A DNA stretch of 20,000 bases, from the IMG/VR virus record IMGVR_UViG_2888331157_000001; one strand, given 5' to 3'. Shown here one piece after another: positions 1 to 9,516 of the stretch; within the stretch, counting starts at the first letter, position 1; every line of letters starts with the position of its first letter. The notes under the pieces are model-generated. The model searched no databases and had not been told where the DNA came from. It was given only the letters and a program-made list of their open reading frames with translations. Both the position numbers and the translations under genes were made by a program. The stretch is from an uncultured virus (IMG/VR IMGVR_UViG_2888331157_000001). Taxonomy: Duplodnaviria; Heunggongvirae; Uroviricota; Caudoviricetes.

Positions 1-2
1 AG

Positions 3-2861
3 TCGATTCCGACAATCGCCCTGCAGCAGGGAACACAATTTGGCATGGCGGCCATGATGACCGGTGGCGGTGGCAGCGCAGTTGGCCTGTTGAACTCGAT
101 CAAGTCCTCGTTCGCGACACTTGCCAACCCTATCATGCTCGGCAGCGTCGCCTTCACGGCCGTCACAGCCGCGGCGATCCAGTTTTTCTCCACAGGCCGC
201 GAGGGCGCGAAAGACCTGACTGCTCTCCTGAAGGAGCACAATGAAGCCCTCAAGGCATCGGAAGACGGGTACAAGAAGCTCGACAACGTCGCGCGCGGGA
301 CGGGTCGGCCATCCCAACTTGTCTCAGGCTTCCAGTCGCAGCAAGCGATCGAAGCGCTGCGCAAGGGTTTTTCGCGTGATTCGGCGCTCGGAACCCTCGA
401 TCCTCAGCTTCTGATCGCTCGCGACCTTCCTGGTCCGTTCAGCAGCGACCCGACCGCCGTCAAATATATGGTGCAGGCATCCGATGCTGCGCTCGGCCTT
501 GAGGACGTCCTCACCAGGCTGATGAAGGGCATCGAGGCCGGGAATGCCCCGGTGGCAAAGTTCAATGACGAGCTTGCAGCCATGGGCCAGGCTCCGGGCG
601 CGTCCAAGGAGTTGAAGACTCGCATCGCCGAGATCCTGGAGATCACGAAGGCGCTGGGTGAAGCGCAACTGGCAATTCAGGCTTACGACCGCAACTTTGG
701 CCCCGGTGGCTTGCTGCGCGGCGCCAGCGAGTTCAATCAGAAGGACATGCAGGCGCTGGAGCGCTTTCGCATGGAGGAGAACAGCCGCCTCACTCAGATG
801 CGCCGTCAATACGACGCTGATGTCGGTGGGATCGGTGCAAAATCACCGGATCAACTCGCGGCGGCCGCGCGAGCCCGGGAGAGCGCGACCTTCAACATGG
901 ATGAAACCGCATCCGTGCGGCGGCTCAGGATCGAGAATGCGGCCACACTCGAGCGGGCTCGTGCTGAACAAGACCTGAAGGATTCGCAGGAGAGCCGTAT
1001 CCGAGGCTACGAGCAGTCGCTGTCGCAGCAGCGCGAAGAAATCGCCCTGATCGGGAAGACAGCGAGCGAGACCGCCTCGCTCCAGTTCCAGACAAGCGCG
1101 CTCCAGAACTTGCGCGAGGAGGCGGCCCGCAACGGGATCACCACCGAGGAGGAATTCCTCAAGTATTTCGGCAAAGAGATCGAGCTCATCGACGAGGCCG
1201 CCGCCAAGCTGAAGGTCTATGTGGAGTTGCTGGGCAAAGCGCGTCTTCGCGACGATTTGGGTTTTGACACTCGCCAGCTTGGGCGCTCCGAACTCGACCA
1301 GTCGGTTGCCGGCAAGCTCAAGCAGTACGGCTTGTCCGAAGACCTCGACGGCCAGGATGCCGCGCTAGTTCGCTCGAACGAACTGTTGAAGAAGCAGGTT
1401 GAGCTCTGGAAGGACATCCGCAAGAGCGGGATGGATGCCTACAGCGACATCTTCGATCTGGCTATCGACGGCTTCGACAATTGGCAGGATCGTCTCAGCG
1501 ATATCGCTAAGGACATGGCGAAAAACCTGTACAACATGTCGATCAAGAACCCGTTCATCAACGAGCGGTACCCCGAGGCAAACCTACCCACTCTGAACCA
1601 GACTGGCGGTATTGGCGGCTTCTTTTCCACCATGCTCGGATTGACGCCGAATCCTGCCGCCGGTGCGCAGAGCGTCGGCGCCATGACGGTCAACGCAGGC
1701 TCCGTCATCGTCACAGGATCGATCGGCGCGAGCGGCGGCGACGGCCTGTTGAAACGCATTTTCTCGCCGGCAAACGGCAATGGCGGTGGCCTCAAGTCTT
1801 CCGACTTCGCGCCTATGTCACTGTCCGGGATTGGATCGCCTAGCGGCTCCGCCTACGGGACCGATCTCGCCTCGAACATTCGCTCGCTTGCCTCCAATAT
1901 AGGAGCAAAGCCGCGCGAGCTCGCAGCGCTAATGTCCTTCGAAAGCGGCCTCCGTTCCGACGTCTGGGGTGGTGCCGGAAAGAATTACTATGGCCTGATC
2001 CAGGCTGGTGAGAGCGAACGTTCGTCATACGGGATCAATCCAGGCGGGTCGCTTGCCGACCAATTCGCCGGCATCGAGCGGTTCTTCAAGGGCCGCGGCT
2101 TCAAGCCCGGCATGTCCGGGCTCGATCTTTATTCAACGGTCAATGCCGGCAGTCCAGGTCGATACAATGCATCCGACGCCGCGAACGGCGGTACATGGGG
2201 CACTGTTGCCGACAAGTGGAACCTCCAGATGGGGCCGCATTTCGCGAAAGCGGATGCGCTGCTCGGCTCATCAAATCGCGCCGCTCAGGCGCTCGACAAT
2301 CTTGCGACCAAGTCCGTCGACCTCAATGGCGGGTTTGACCTCCTTGGCAAGGGATTGATGGGGCAGAACGGGCAAGGCGGCATATTGTCCTTCCTCGGAA
2401 GCGCCAACTTCAAACCGAACACCACCCTGTCCGCCTATCTTGGTTACGGTGGCCAGCAGCAGAGCGGAGGCGGGTTTCTGGGCGGCATTTTCGGCATCTT
2501 GGGCAAGCTATTCGGGCTGCCGGGATTTGCCGTCGGCACCGATTTTGCACCAGGCGGCCTCGCGCGCATCAATGAACGAGGCCTGGGCGAGATTGTCGAC
2601 CTCCCGCGCGGGTCGCGCGTCATTCCGCACGACGTGTCGATGCGCATGGCCTCGCAACCAACGCAAGTCGTCAACACCATCCAGGTCATCAACAACGCCG
2701 GTGCCAGCATCCGCCAGGAGCAAGAGGATGATGGTCAGGGTGGGCGCCGCACGCAGCTCATCATCGAGGAGCGTGTCGGTAGCGCGATCGCGCGCAAGGG
2801 CGGCGCCGCGAACAAGGCTTTGGCCAGTATGGGCCTTGCCCGGCCGATGAAGGTGCGCTGA
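3..2861 (+). CDS. Phage tail tape measure protein (lambda gpH-like), 5' end outside the window, with an internal lytic transglycosylase/lysozyme-like domain
   Basis: Frame is open from base 3 (SIPTIALQQGTQFG, resembling the lambdoid TMP 'Q.P..I..QQG.Q' motif). Long Ala/Leu/Glu-rich helical body. C-terminal 'FAVGTDFAPGGLARINERG.EIVDLPRGSRVIPH' is typical of TMP ends. Lies directly upstream of the tail tip genes. Confidence 0.93.
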   Translation, partial: SIPTIALQQGTQFGMAAMMTGGGGSAVGLLNSIKSSFATLANPIMLGSVAFTAVTAAAIQFFSTGREGAKDLTALLKEHNEALKASEDGYKKLDNVARGTGRPSQLVSGFQSQQAIEALRKGFSRDSALGTLDPQLLIARDLPGPFSSDPTAVKYMVQASDAALGLEDVLTRLMKGIEAGNAPVAKFNDELAAMGQAPGASKELKTRIAEILEITKALGEAQLAIQAYDRNFGPGGLLRGASEFNQKDMQALERFRMEENSRLTQMRRQYDADVGGIGAKSPDQLAAAARARESATFNMDETASVRRLRIENAATLERARAEQDLKDSQESRIRGYEQSLSQQREEIALIGKTASETASLQFQTSALQNLREEAARNGITTEEEFLKYFGKEIELIDEAAAKLKVYVELLGKARLRDDLGFDTRQLGRSELDQSVAGKLKQYGLSEDLDGQDAALVRSNELLKKQVELWKDIRKSGMDAYSDIFDLAIDGFDNWQDRLSDIAKDMAKNLYNMSIKNPFINERYPEANLPTLNQTGGIGGFFSTMLGLTPNPAAGAQSVGAMTVNAGSVIVTGSIGASGGDGLLKRIFSPANGNGGGLKSSDFAPMSLSGIGSPSGSAYGTDLASNIRSLASNIGAKPRELAALMSFESGLRSDVWGGAGKNYYGLIQAGESERSSYGINPGGSLADQFAGIERFFKGRGFKPGMSGLDLYSTVNAGSPGRYNASDAANGGTWGTVADKWNLQMGPHFAKADALLGSSNRAAQALDNLATKSVDLNGGFDLLGKGLMGQNGQGGILSFLGSANFKPNTTLSAYLGYGGQQQSGGGFLGGIFGILGKLFGLPGFAVGTDFAPGGLARINERGLGEIVDLPRGSRVIPHDVSMRMASQPTQVVNTIQVINNAGASIRQEQEDDGQGGRRTQLIIEERVGSAIARKGGAANKALASMGLARPMKVR

Positions 2862-3280
2862 TGGCTTTACCTCTCTATCCCAGCGAACTGCCGGCGCCTT
2901 TGCGCGATACCTATCAAATCGGGTTCGGTGAGGGGCGGTTCAAATCCAAGAACGATGCTGGCCCTGGCAATGTCCGCGGCCGATTTTCGTCCACTGTGCA
3001 TTCGGTCCCGTTTTCGACCCTTCTCGACACCACGCAGGTCGGCCGCTTCCGCTACTTCTATTTTGAGGAAACGAAAGAGGGGAAATTGCCGTTCCTGATC
3101 CCCGATCATTCTGGCGACAGCTATGTGTGGTTGGACGATGATGAAACGTCGTTGCTCTACGAGGATGGAACTCCGATCCTGATGGCGGAGACGTGGTTGG
3201 TGCTGTTCGACAGTCTGCCAACCATCAAGCCACGCGACATCTACTGGACTGTCTCTTTCACGTTGGTGGTGATGCCGTGA
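2861..3280 (+). CDS. Distal tail / minor tail protein (lambda gpM/Dit-like)
   Basis: TGATG overlap with the TMP stop; 139 aa. 'YPSELPAP...G', 'NDAGPGNVRGRFS', 'FRYFYFEETKEGKLPF' and 'WTVSFTLVVMP' match the pattern of siphophage Dit/gpM-like proteins. Position fits. Confidence 0.75.
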   Translation: MALPLYPSELPAPLRDTYQIGFGEGRFKSKNDAGPGNVRGRFSSTVHSVPFSTLLDTTQVGRFRYFYFEETKEGKLPFLIPDHSGDSYVWLDDDETSLLYEDGTPILMAETWLVLFDSLPTIKPRDIYWTVSFTLVVMP

Positions 3281-3804
3281 GCCGAGCGATCTCGCTGAAT
3301 GCCGCGCGCCAGATCGACGCATTGGCGACCGATGCTGTTGCGGTCTTCCTGGTCATCATCGAGCATATCGATCTTGAAGAGCCGCTGCGGATTTCGTCCG
3401 ACAATGCTGAACGCCTTTCCACGGAACCACTGACCTACGGCACGCGATCGACCTACGGATCAATCGATGGAACCCCCAGGCCGTTCTACTTCACCGGCAT
3501 GCAGGTGATCCCACCCGATGATGAGGAGGATGGCGAGCCGACGGCGACGCTCGTTTTGGACGTGCTGGATACCGACATCGTGGGGCTCCTGACATCGACC
3601 ACGATCCCAGCGACGGGGCGGATTGCCATCGTCATGGCCGACACGCCCAACCTGATCGAATTCGAGACTGCCGGGCTTAGCCTGAAGGGCGCCAATGGCG
3701 ATTGGGGACAAGTCGCACTGAGGTTATCGATGAAGGATCTCTACGACGAGCCATATCCGGCGACACGCATGTCGAAGGAGCGCTTCCCGGGGTTGCACCG
3801 ATGA
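3277..3804 (+). CDS. Tail tip hub protein, DUF1833-like (gpL position)
   Basis: GTG start at 3277 overlaps the previous stop (GTGA), so the track's 3193 start is probably too long. 'FLVIIEH..LEEPLRISSD', 'PPDDEEDGEPTATLVLD' and C-terminal 'EPYP...MSKERFPGL' are DUF1833-like. Confidence 0.8.
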   Translation: MSRAISLNAARQIDALATDAVAVFLVIIEHIDLEEPLRISSDNAERLSTEPLTYGTRSTYGSIDGTPRPFYFTGMQVIPPDDEEDGEPTATLVLDVLDTDIVGLLTSTTIPATGRIAIVMADTPNLIEFETAGLSLKGANGDWGQVALRLSMKDLYDEPYPATRMSKERFPGLHR

Positions 3805-4199
3805 ACTGGGCAGCCCCCTTCGTTGGCATTCCCGACCTTTCCAAGGGTCGGTCACATGCTGGTGCCGATTGCTGGGGTCTGGCGATGCTGGTCTATCGCG
3901 AGGTCAAAGGCCTCGAACTGCCGGATTACGCCGCCGAGTATCTGAGCGATCGCGACCATGCCGAGATCGGCGCTATTGCGCGGCGGGAGAAAGCCGCCGC
4001 GCGCTGGCGTTTGGTCGCTGAGGTAAAGGAGTTCGACCTCTTGCTGTTCGTAGTTGCCCGACACGACAGCCATGTCGGCATCCATGTGGGGCCGGGTCAG
4101 ATGCTGCATGTCGTCAAGGACGACCACGCCAAGATCGGCCGGTACGACGCCGCGCCGTGGGCCGGCCGCCTTGTCGGCGCATACCGTTGGGTCGGATAG
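3801..4199 (+). CDS. NlpC/P60 family tail tip protein (gpK-like, no JAB domain)
   Basis: ATG at 3801 overlaps the previous stop (ATGA). 'FVGIP...GR...GADCWGL' carries the catalytic Cys and 'HVGIHVGPGQMLH' the His dyad. Confidence 0.92.
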   Translation: MNWAAPFVGIPDLSKGRSHAGADCWGLAMLVYREVKGLELPDYAAEYLSDRDHAEIGAIARREKAAARWRLVAEVKEFDLLLFVVARHDSHVGIHVGPGQMLHVVKDDHAKIGRYDAAPWAGRLVGAYRWVG

Positions 4200-4205
4200 C
4201 CACTC

Positions 4206-7200
4206 ATGAATGATCTGACCGAGAAGTCAGGCGTGCCCGTCACGCTGGCACCCTATGCCATGGACTTGGATCGAGGGCGCGAAGAGATCGTCGTGCCGGC
4301 GGGCTTGACCGTGGCGGAGATCGTGGCTGTCGTACTGCCCGATCTACCATATGCCGCACTTCCACGTGTTCGCGTTGCGCTGGTATCGTCGAAGGGCAGC
4401 GCCATCATTCCGCAAGCCAATTGGCATCTGGTGCGGCCCTATCCGAGCACCAGGGTCGTCATCACCATCGGGCACGGCGCAGGCGCGCTGACGCTACTGG
4501 TGCAGATTGCGGCCTCCGCCATCTCGAATGCCCTTGGCGGTGTTCTGGCGGGCACGTTTGGCCTCAGCGCGGCGACGTGGGCCAGCATCATCGGTTTCGG
4601 CATCACCGCCATTGGCGGTATTCTGATCAACGCCCTCTTCCAGCCGAAAAAGCAGTCCAACAAGGACAGGGACAGCTTCGTCATCGACAGCTGGCAGAAC
4701 GAGTACCGCCAGGACGAACCGATCCCGGTCCCGCTCGGAGAGCTCAGGCATTCCCCACCCTTTGCCGCCGCGTCCTACATCGAGGTCGTTGGCGACATCC
4801 TCTACAATCGCGCCGTCTTCTGTCACGGTCTAGGGACGCAGGAGCTTTGGGATCACAAGATCGGTGATACCTCAATCACGGACTACGATGAGTTTCAGAT
4901 CGAGCACCGCGGGGCGGTGGGATATCCCGACAGCTCGGTACCATTCACGCTCTACACCCAGCAGGTGATCGAGGATTCGATCGGCACGGATTTGGTGCTG
5001 GAGTGGGAGCGTGACGACGCCGGAAATATGCTGCGCTCGGAGACGTTGCAGCCTGCCAAGACCGTGAAGCGGACCACCGGGCTCAATGCAACACACGCCA
5101 TTGTCATCTTGCAGTTTCCAAGCGGTCTCGGAAAGATCACGAATAAGGGTAAGCGCAGCTCGCAAACAGCAAAATTCAGAGTGGGGATCCGCAAAGCCGG
5201 CACCTCAATCGTGATTCCCAAGCCGGACATTTCGGTTACGAACCTGAAGTTCGCCGGGTTCTATCGTGCGGTCAGGATCGACTTTCCCGAGCGAGGGGCA
5301 TGGGAAATTCAGATCACTCGCCTGACCGTCTCGGAGCCACTGGAATGGGACGATGATACGCTTGCGCTGACCTGCACGTGGGCAGCTCTCCAGACTTTCC
5401 GGCCGGAATATCCATTCAACACGTCGACCCCTCTGTGCCTGACGGCAATGAGGGTCAAGGCCACCCACCAGATGAACGGTCAGGTGCAGACCTACAACTG
5501 CATGACGCGCCGCGTCACAGATGGTTTCGGCCATGGGTGGCCGACGAACGTCCCGCGCAACCCAGCCATATCTGCACTCTACGTGCTGCTGGGACCTGGG
5601 CTCTACACGGCTGAGGCGCCTAGCAAAATCGATTGGGCGAAGTTCGCCGAATGGCGTGACTTCTGCACGCTCAAGGGACTGAAATTCGACCTCGTCATTG
5701 GCAACCGCCAATCGCTTGGTGACACGCTGAAGATGATCGGTGCTGCCGGTCGCGCGCGGGTCTACTTCGACGGATCTTGGTGGACCGCGGTCATAGACAA
5801 GCCTCGCACCGTCCCGATCGATGTCATCACGCCACGCAACGCATCGAACGTGAAATTCGAGGTTGCGTATGCCGAACTACCCGACGCGCTGCGCATCAAA
5901 TTTCAAGACGGCACGAACAATTTCCAGCCGGCCGAGCGTATCGTTCGTCGCCCTGGATTGGCCGGCGCGATCGTGACAACCGAAGCCATGGAGATGCCAG
6001 GCAAGACCGATCCAGACGAAATCTACCGCGAGGCTGTCCGCCGCTTCTATGAACTCCAGTTTCGCAACGTGGCCTACAGCGCGACACAGGACGGCTATGC
6101 GCGCTCGGCAACACGGGGAGATCTTGTCCTGGCGTCGAAGGACATCCTTCGCCGGGCGATGGCCTCTGCCCGCGTCAAGGCTGTGCGTGGGAACCTGATC
6201 GAGATCGATGAAGCCTGGCAGATCAAGAACGGCGTCACCTATGCCGTCGGTTTCCGTGTGCTCGGCGACGAAAGCTCGTCATTGGGGCAACATGTGGTGC
6301 GACAGATCATTGCACTCCCGGGAGAGACGCGGGCAATCGTTTTGAAAGGAGACGGCTTGCTCCCCGATGCTGGGGCCATCATCATGCTTGGGGAGTACGG
6401 TTCGGAGAGCATTCCGTTGATCCTGGCCGGCATTCAGCGGCGCGACGACGGCGGCTCCGACCTGACTCTGCTTCCCTCGGCGCCGGAGATCGACCAACTC
6501 ACCGATGCCACCACGATCCCCGCATGGGAAAGCAAGGTCGGCGATATCGTCGATCAATCAGGCATCGTACCCAGTGCGCCTAAGATCGTCTGGGTTAGAT
6601 ACGACGCCGGCTCGTCAAAGACGTTGGTGCGGCTGGAGCCTGCGCCGACCAATGTGGTGGAACTGTCCAGCTACACCGTTCGCCATCGGCCGGCTGGTTC
6701 GCCCACATGGTCAACGGCAACATCGCCAGTATCTAGTGCCAGTGTCGAACTGGTCGGGTATGTCGTCGGTAACCAGATCGAGCTGCAGGTGCAGGCCACA
6801 TCGGCATGGGGAACCGCCGGCACGTGGAGCGCGATCGTTGCGGTTACTATCGCCGGTACATCACTGCCGTCGTCGTTGCCCGCTTCGAGCATTCAGATCG
6901 TCGGCAAGCTTGGCCAGGCAGAGATCACATTTGCGACCGGCCCAGACCCGAACACGGATGAGGTCCGCATCTATCGTGATGGTGCCGCGCTGCCAGCGAC
7001 TGTTCCGGTCTCCCCGAATGGATCGTTTGGCAGGATCGATGGAGATTCGACGCGCGCCACGCTCGCCACGAACGGCAGCTTTGATGCTGACGCGAACTGG
7101 GCCAAGGGAACGGGCTGGGCGATTGCCAGTGGCCAAGCGACGAAGACGGCGGGAACAGCTTCCGATTTAAGCCAAGCCGCCGCAATGACCGCTGGCAAGG

Positions 7201-7517
7201 TCTATCGTGGCGCCGCTACTGTTTCGGGAAGGACCGCCGGCACGATCACGCCCAAGCTCACGGGCGGGGCTACTGCGTCCGGCCCCGCCGTCGCTGCGAA
7301 CGGACAATTCCTATTCCGGCTCACGGCCGGTGCTTCTCCGACCACGCTGGTTTTCAGCGCCGATAGCACGTTCAACGGATCGATCGATGACGTCGTTCTT
7401 TTCGAAGAGACGGCAGCTTGCCTCACGCAGGGCATCCATACCTACAAGCTCGAACCGCTAAACGCTGACCGCAGGGCCGGGCCTCAGTCTGCCGACAAAA
7501 CTGTCGCGGTCATCTGA
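4206..7517 (+). CDS. Central tail fibre / host specificity protein J (TipJ) with fused N-terminal gpI-like region, FN3-like and carbohydrate-binding-like C-terminal domains
   Basis: 1103 aa. 'EPIPVPLG...PPFAA', 'AMRVKATHQMNGQVQTYNC' and 'RNPA' are gpJ-like motifs. FN3-like 'YTVRHRPAGSPTWS...LQVQATSAWG..GTWS'. 'NGSFDADANWAKGTGWAIASG' is a CBM-like module. Confidence 0.9.
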   Translation: MNDLTEKSGVPVTLAPYAMDLDRGREEIVVPAGLTVAEIVAVVLPDLPYAALPRVRVALVSSKGSAIIPQANWHLVRPYPSTRVVITIGHGAGALTLLVQIAASAISNALGGVLAGTFGLSAATWASIIGFGITAIGGILINALFQPKKQSNKDRDSFVIDSWQNEYRQDEPIPVPLGELRHSPPFAAASYIEVVGDILYNRAVFCHGLGTQELWDHKIGDTSITDYDEFQIEHRGAVGYPDSSVPFTLYTQQVIEDSIGTDLVLEWERDDAGNMLRSETLQPAKTVKRTTGLNATHAIVILQFPSGLGKITNKGKRSSQTAKFRVGIRKAGTSIVIPKPDISVTNLKFAGFYRAVRIDFPERGAWEIQITRLTVSEPLEWDDDTLALTCTWAALQTFRPEYPFNTSTPLCLTAMRVKATHQMNGQVQTYNCMTRRVTDGFGHGWPTNVPRNPAISALYVLLGPGLYTAEAPSKIDWAKFAEWRDFCTLKGLKFDLVIGNRQSLGDTLKMIGAAGRARVYFDGSWWTAVIDKPRTVPIDVITPRNASNVKFEVAYAELPDALRIKFQDGTNNFQPAERIVRRPGLAGAIVTTEAMEMPGKTDPDEIYREAVRRFYELQFRNVAYSATQDGYARSATRGDLVLASKDILRRAMASARVKAVRGNLIEIDEAWQIKNGVTYAVGFRVLGDESSSLGQHVVRQIIALPGETRAIVLKGDGLLPDAGAIIMLGEYGSESIPLILAGIQRRDDGGSDLTLLPSAPEIDQLTDATTIPAWESKVGDIVDQSGIVPSAPKIVWVRYDAGSSKTLVRLEPAPTNVVELSSYTVRHRPAGSPTWSTATSPVSSASVELVGYVVGNQIELQVQATSAWGTAGTWSAIVAVTIAGTSLPSSLPASSIQIVGKLGQAEITFATGPDPNTDEVRIYRDGAALPATVPVSPNGSFGRIDGDSTRATLATNGSFDADANWAKGTGWAIASGQATKTAGTASDLSQAAAMTAGKVYRGAATVSGRTAGTITPKLTGGATASGPAVAANGQFLFRLTAGASPTTLVFSADSTFNGSIDDVVLFEETAACLTQGIHTYKLEPLNADRRAGPQSADKTVAVI

Positions 7518-7543
7518 CCATTCTCTGAACATCGAGGTTTATC

Positions 7544-9505
7544 ATGAGCATAGATGGCATCCGCGCCGTCGATAAAGAGCCTTTGGCTGCCGTCGACTAC
7601 CTGTTCGGGTTTTCCGCGGCCAATGGCCAGCGCATCGGGCCGAGACCGATCGGAATGCAGGCGATTTCCCAGCAGGTTGCGTCGTCGCTGCCGCTTGGGA
7701 CAGTGAAGTCCTATTCGTCTGTTGCAGCCATGAATGCCGATGTCACGCCCACGGTCGGAACCCTCGCCTATGCCGAGTGGAAGACCTACAGGAAGACTAC
7801 GGCATCAGGCTCGACTGGATGGGAAGTGTTTCTGAACTTCATTCCAGGCACGCAGGTGATCAACGCAGTGGTGACGGGTGGCACGGCGAGCGCCGTTGTT
7901 GCCATCTCAGCAATCCCGGTTTCGGCGACCCCGTATATTCAGTTCATCGTCGTTGGCCCTTTCACCGCCGCTAGCATCGGCCCGATGACGCTTGCCATCA
8001 ATGGAGATACACCGCGCGCACTCGTCACCAATGTCGGAGAGGCGATAACTCCCGGCTACATCAAACGCGGCATGGCGGCCATCGTTCATATCGACAGTGC
8101 TGGTAGCTACCGGTTTTTCAGCTATGGCGATGCGACCGCGATCCAGGCGGCGGCAGAGGCAGCCATGACTTCGGCTCAAAAGTGGGCAGAAGGAACCGTG
8201 CCGGGCGGGGCGGGAACGAAATCGGCGAAAGAATGGGCGGATGCCGCGCTGGCGGGAGGAATATTCAACATCCCTGCCGTCGCGATCGTCGGTGACGGTG
8301 TCAGGACTCGGTTCCCCTTGGGGTTGGTGCCGGCGAGCAAAAACAATGTCTTCCTGACCGCGACGGGGCTGGTGCAGCACGTCGGTGAGTATTCCGTCGA
8401 TGGGACCGATCTGGTGTTCGCCATCGCGCCGCCCATTGGCTATGGCGGCGAGGCCCGCATTCTGGCAATTACACGGGCAATTCCTTACGCAGGCGACGGC
8501 ACCATTACCCCGGCCTCTTTCTCGGAGGAGGCGACACGGTTCATCGGCGGCACGCGTGGTAACATCAGGCCCACAGTCGAGGGCAGCTCGGTCGTTGGAA
8601 CTGCCACCTACACAACCCAGCGCGGCCAGTATCGCCTCGCCAACGACTGGGTCAAGTTCACGGCGGAGATCGATTGGACCGGGGCAACGGGCACCGGCGA
8701 TACCTACATTCGCCTGAACAATGTGCCGGCCTCCGCCTTCATCAACACGCCGGTCGCAATTCAAGCCTCTGCGATCGATTACGGCGTCGGAAAAGAGCTA
8801 CAGGGCGTTATCCTGGCCGGAACGAACGTTGTCCTGCTACAGGCACGGACTGGGTCGGGGGCAGGCTCGACCGCCGTCCCCGTCGACCCCGCAGGCACGA
8901 TCCGAATTGTGGGCAGCTATCCGGCCGCATCCGATGCCTTTTCGGACATTCTGTTCATGGGCGACTCGATAACCTTGGGCGTCCGGCCCGGTGTCGGTGA
9001 ATACGACACCTTCCGACACAAGGTGCAGAACGCACTGGGCTGGGCCATGGCGCACAATTCCGGCGTTGGCGGAGAGAACGCAAGCGAGCAGGAGGCCCGT
9101 ATGGCTGCGGCCCTGGCGGCCTCGGGCGCCAGGGCCGTTTGCATCATGACCGGCATCAACGACTTCTTCGATCCGCTGCCCTACGCGACAATGGGCGCCA
9201 AGATCACGTCGATGATCACGATGGCGCAGGCTGCCGGAGCAAGGGTCACGCTTTGCTCGCCGTCGGCAACGCAGGACGCCGGCATGATCGCCAATTTCGG
9301 TCCGTGGCTGAACACCATCCAGACCTGCGGCGCACTGCCGGGGGTTGTCTATGTGCCGGTCTACGAGCGGTTCGGATTCCTGCGCGCGACCATGCCGCCG
9401 GCCAGCTATGCCGCGCTTTTCGTGGATGTGCAGCACATTGGCCCTGCCGGCCACGATATTGTCACGGCGCTCATGGCCGCCACCCCTGGCGCCTGCCGGC
9501 CTTAA
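7544..9505 (+). CDS. Modular tail fibre/spike with a C-terminal SGNH/GDSL hydrolase
   Basis: RBS GAGG upstream. Fibre modules include 'GDGVRTRFPL...VQ..EYSVDGTDLVFAIAPP' and 'YTTQRGQYRL..DWV'. SGNH blocks are GDSIT, NSGVGG, GIND and DVQH. Confidence 0.88.
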   Translation: MSIDGIRAVDKEPLAAVDYLFGFSAANGQRIGPRPIGMQAISQQVASSLPLGTVKSYSSVAAMNADVTPTVGTLAYAEWKTYRKTTASGSTGWEVFLNFIPGTQVINAVVTGGTASAVVAISAIPVSATPYIQFIVVGPFTAASIGPMTLAINGDTPRALVTNVGEAITPGYIKRGMAAIVHIDSAGSYRFFSYGDATAIQAAAEAAMTSAQKWAEGTVPGGAGTKSAKEWADAALAGGIFNIPAVAIVGDGVRTRFPLGLVPASKNNVFLTATGLVQHVGEYSVDGTDLVFAIAPPIGYGGEARILAITRAIPYAGDGTITPASFSEEATRFIGGTRGNIRPTVEGSSVVGTATYTTQRGQYRLANDWVKFTAEIDWTGATGTGDTYIRLNNVPASAFINTPVAIQASAIDYGVGKELQGVILAGTNVVLLQARTGSGAGSTAVPVDPAGTIRIVGSYPAASDAFSDILFMGDSITLGVRPGVGEYDTFRHKVQNALGWAMAHNSGVGGENASEQEARMAAALAASGARAVCIMTGINDFFDPLPYATMGAKITSMITMAQAAGARVTLCSPSATQDAGMIANFGPWLNTIQTCGALPGVVYVPVYERFGFLRATMPPASYAALFVDVQHIGPAGHDIVTALMAATPGACRP

Positions 9506-9516
9506 GGACCGCTGAC

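Noticed and set aside
9139..9516. N-terminal extension of the 411-aa ORF
   Set aside because: Overlaps the SGNH domain in another frame; good RBS and ATG at 9517.
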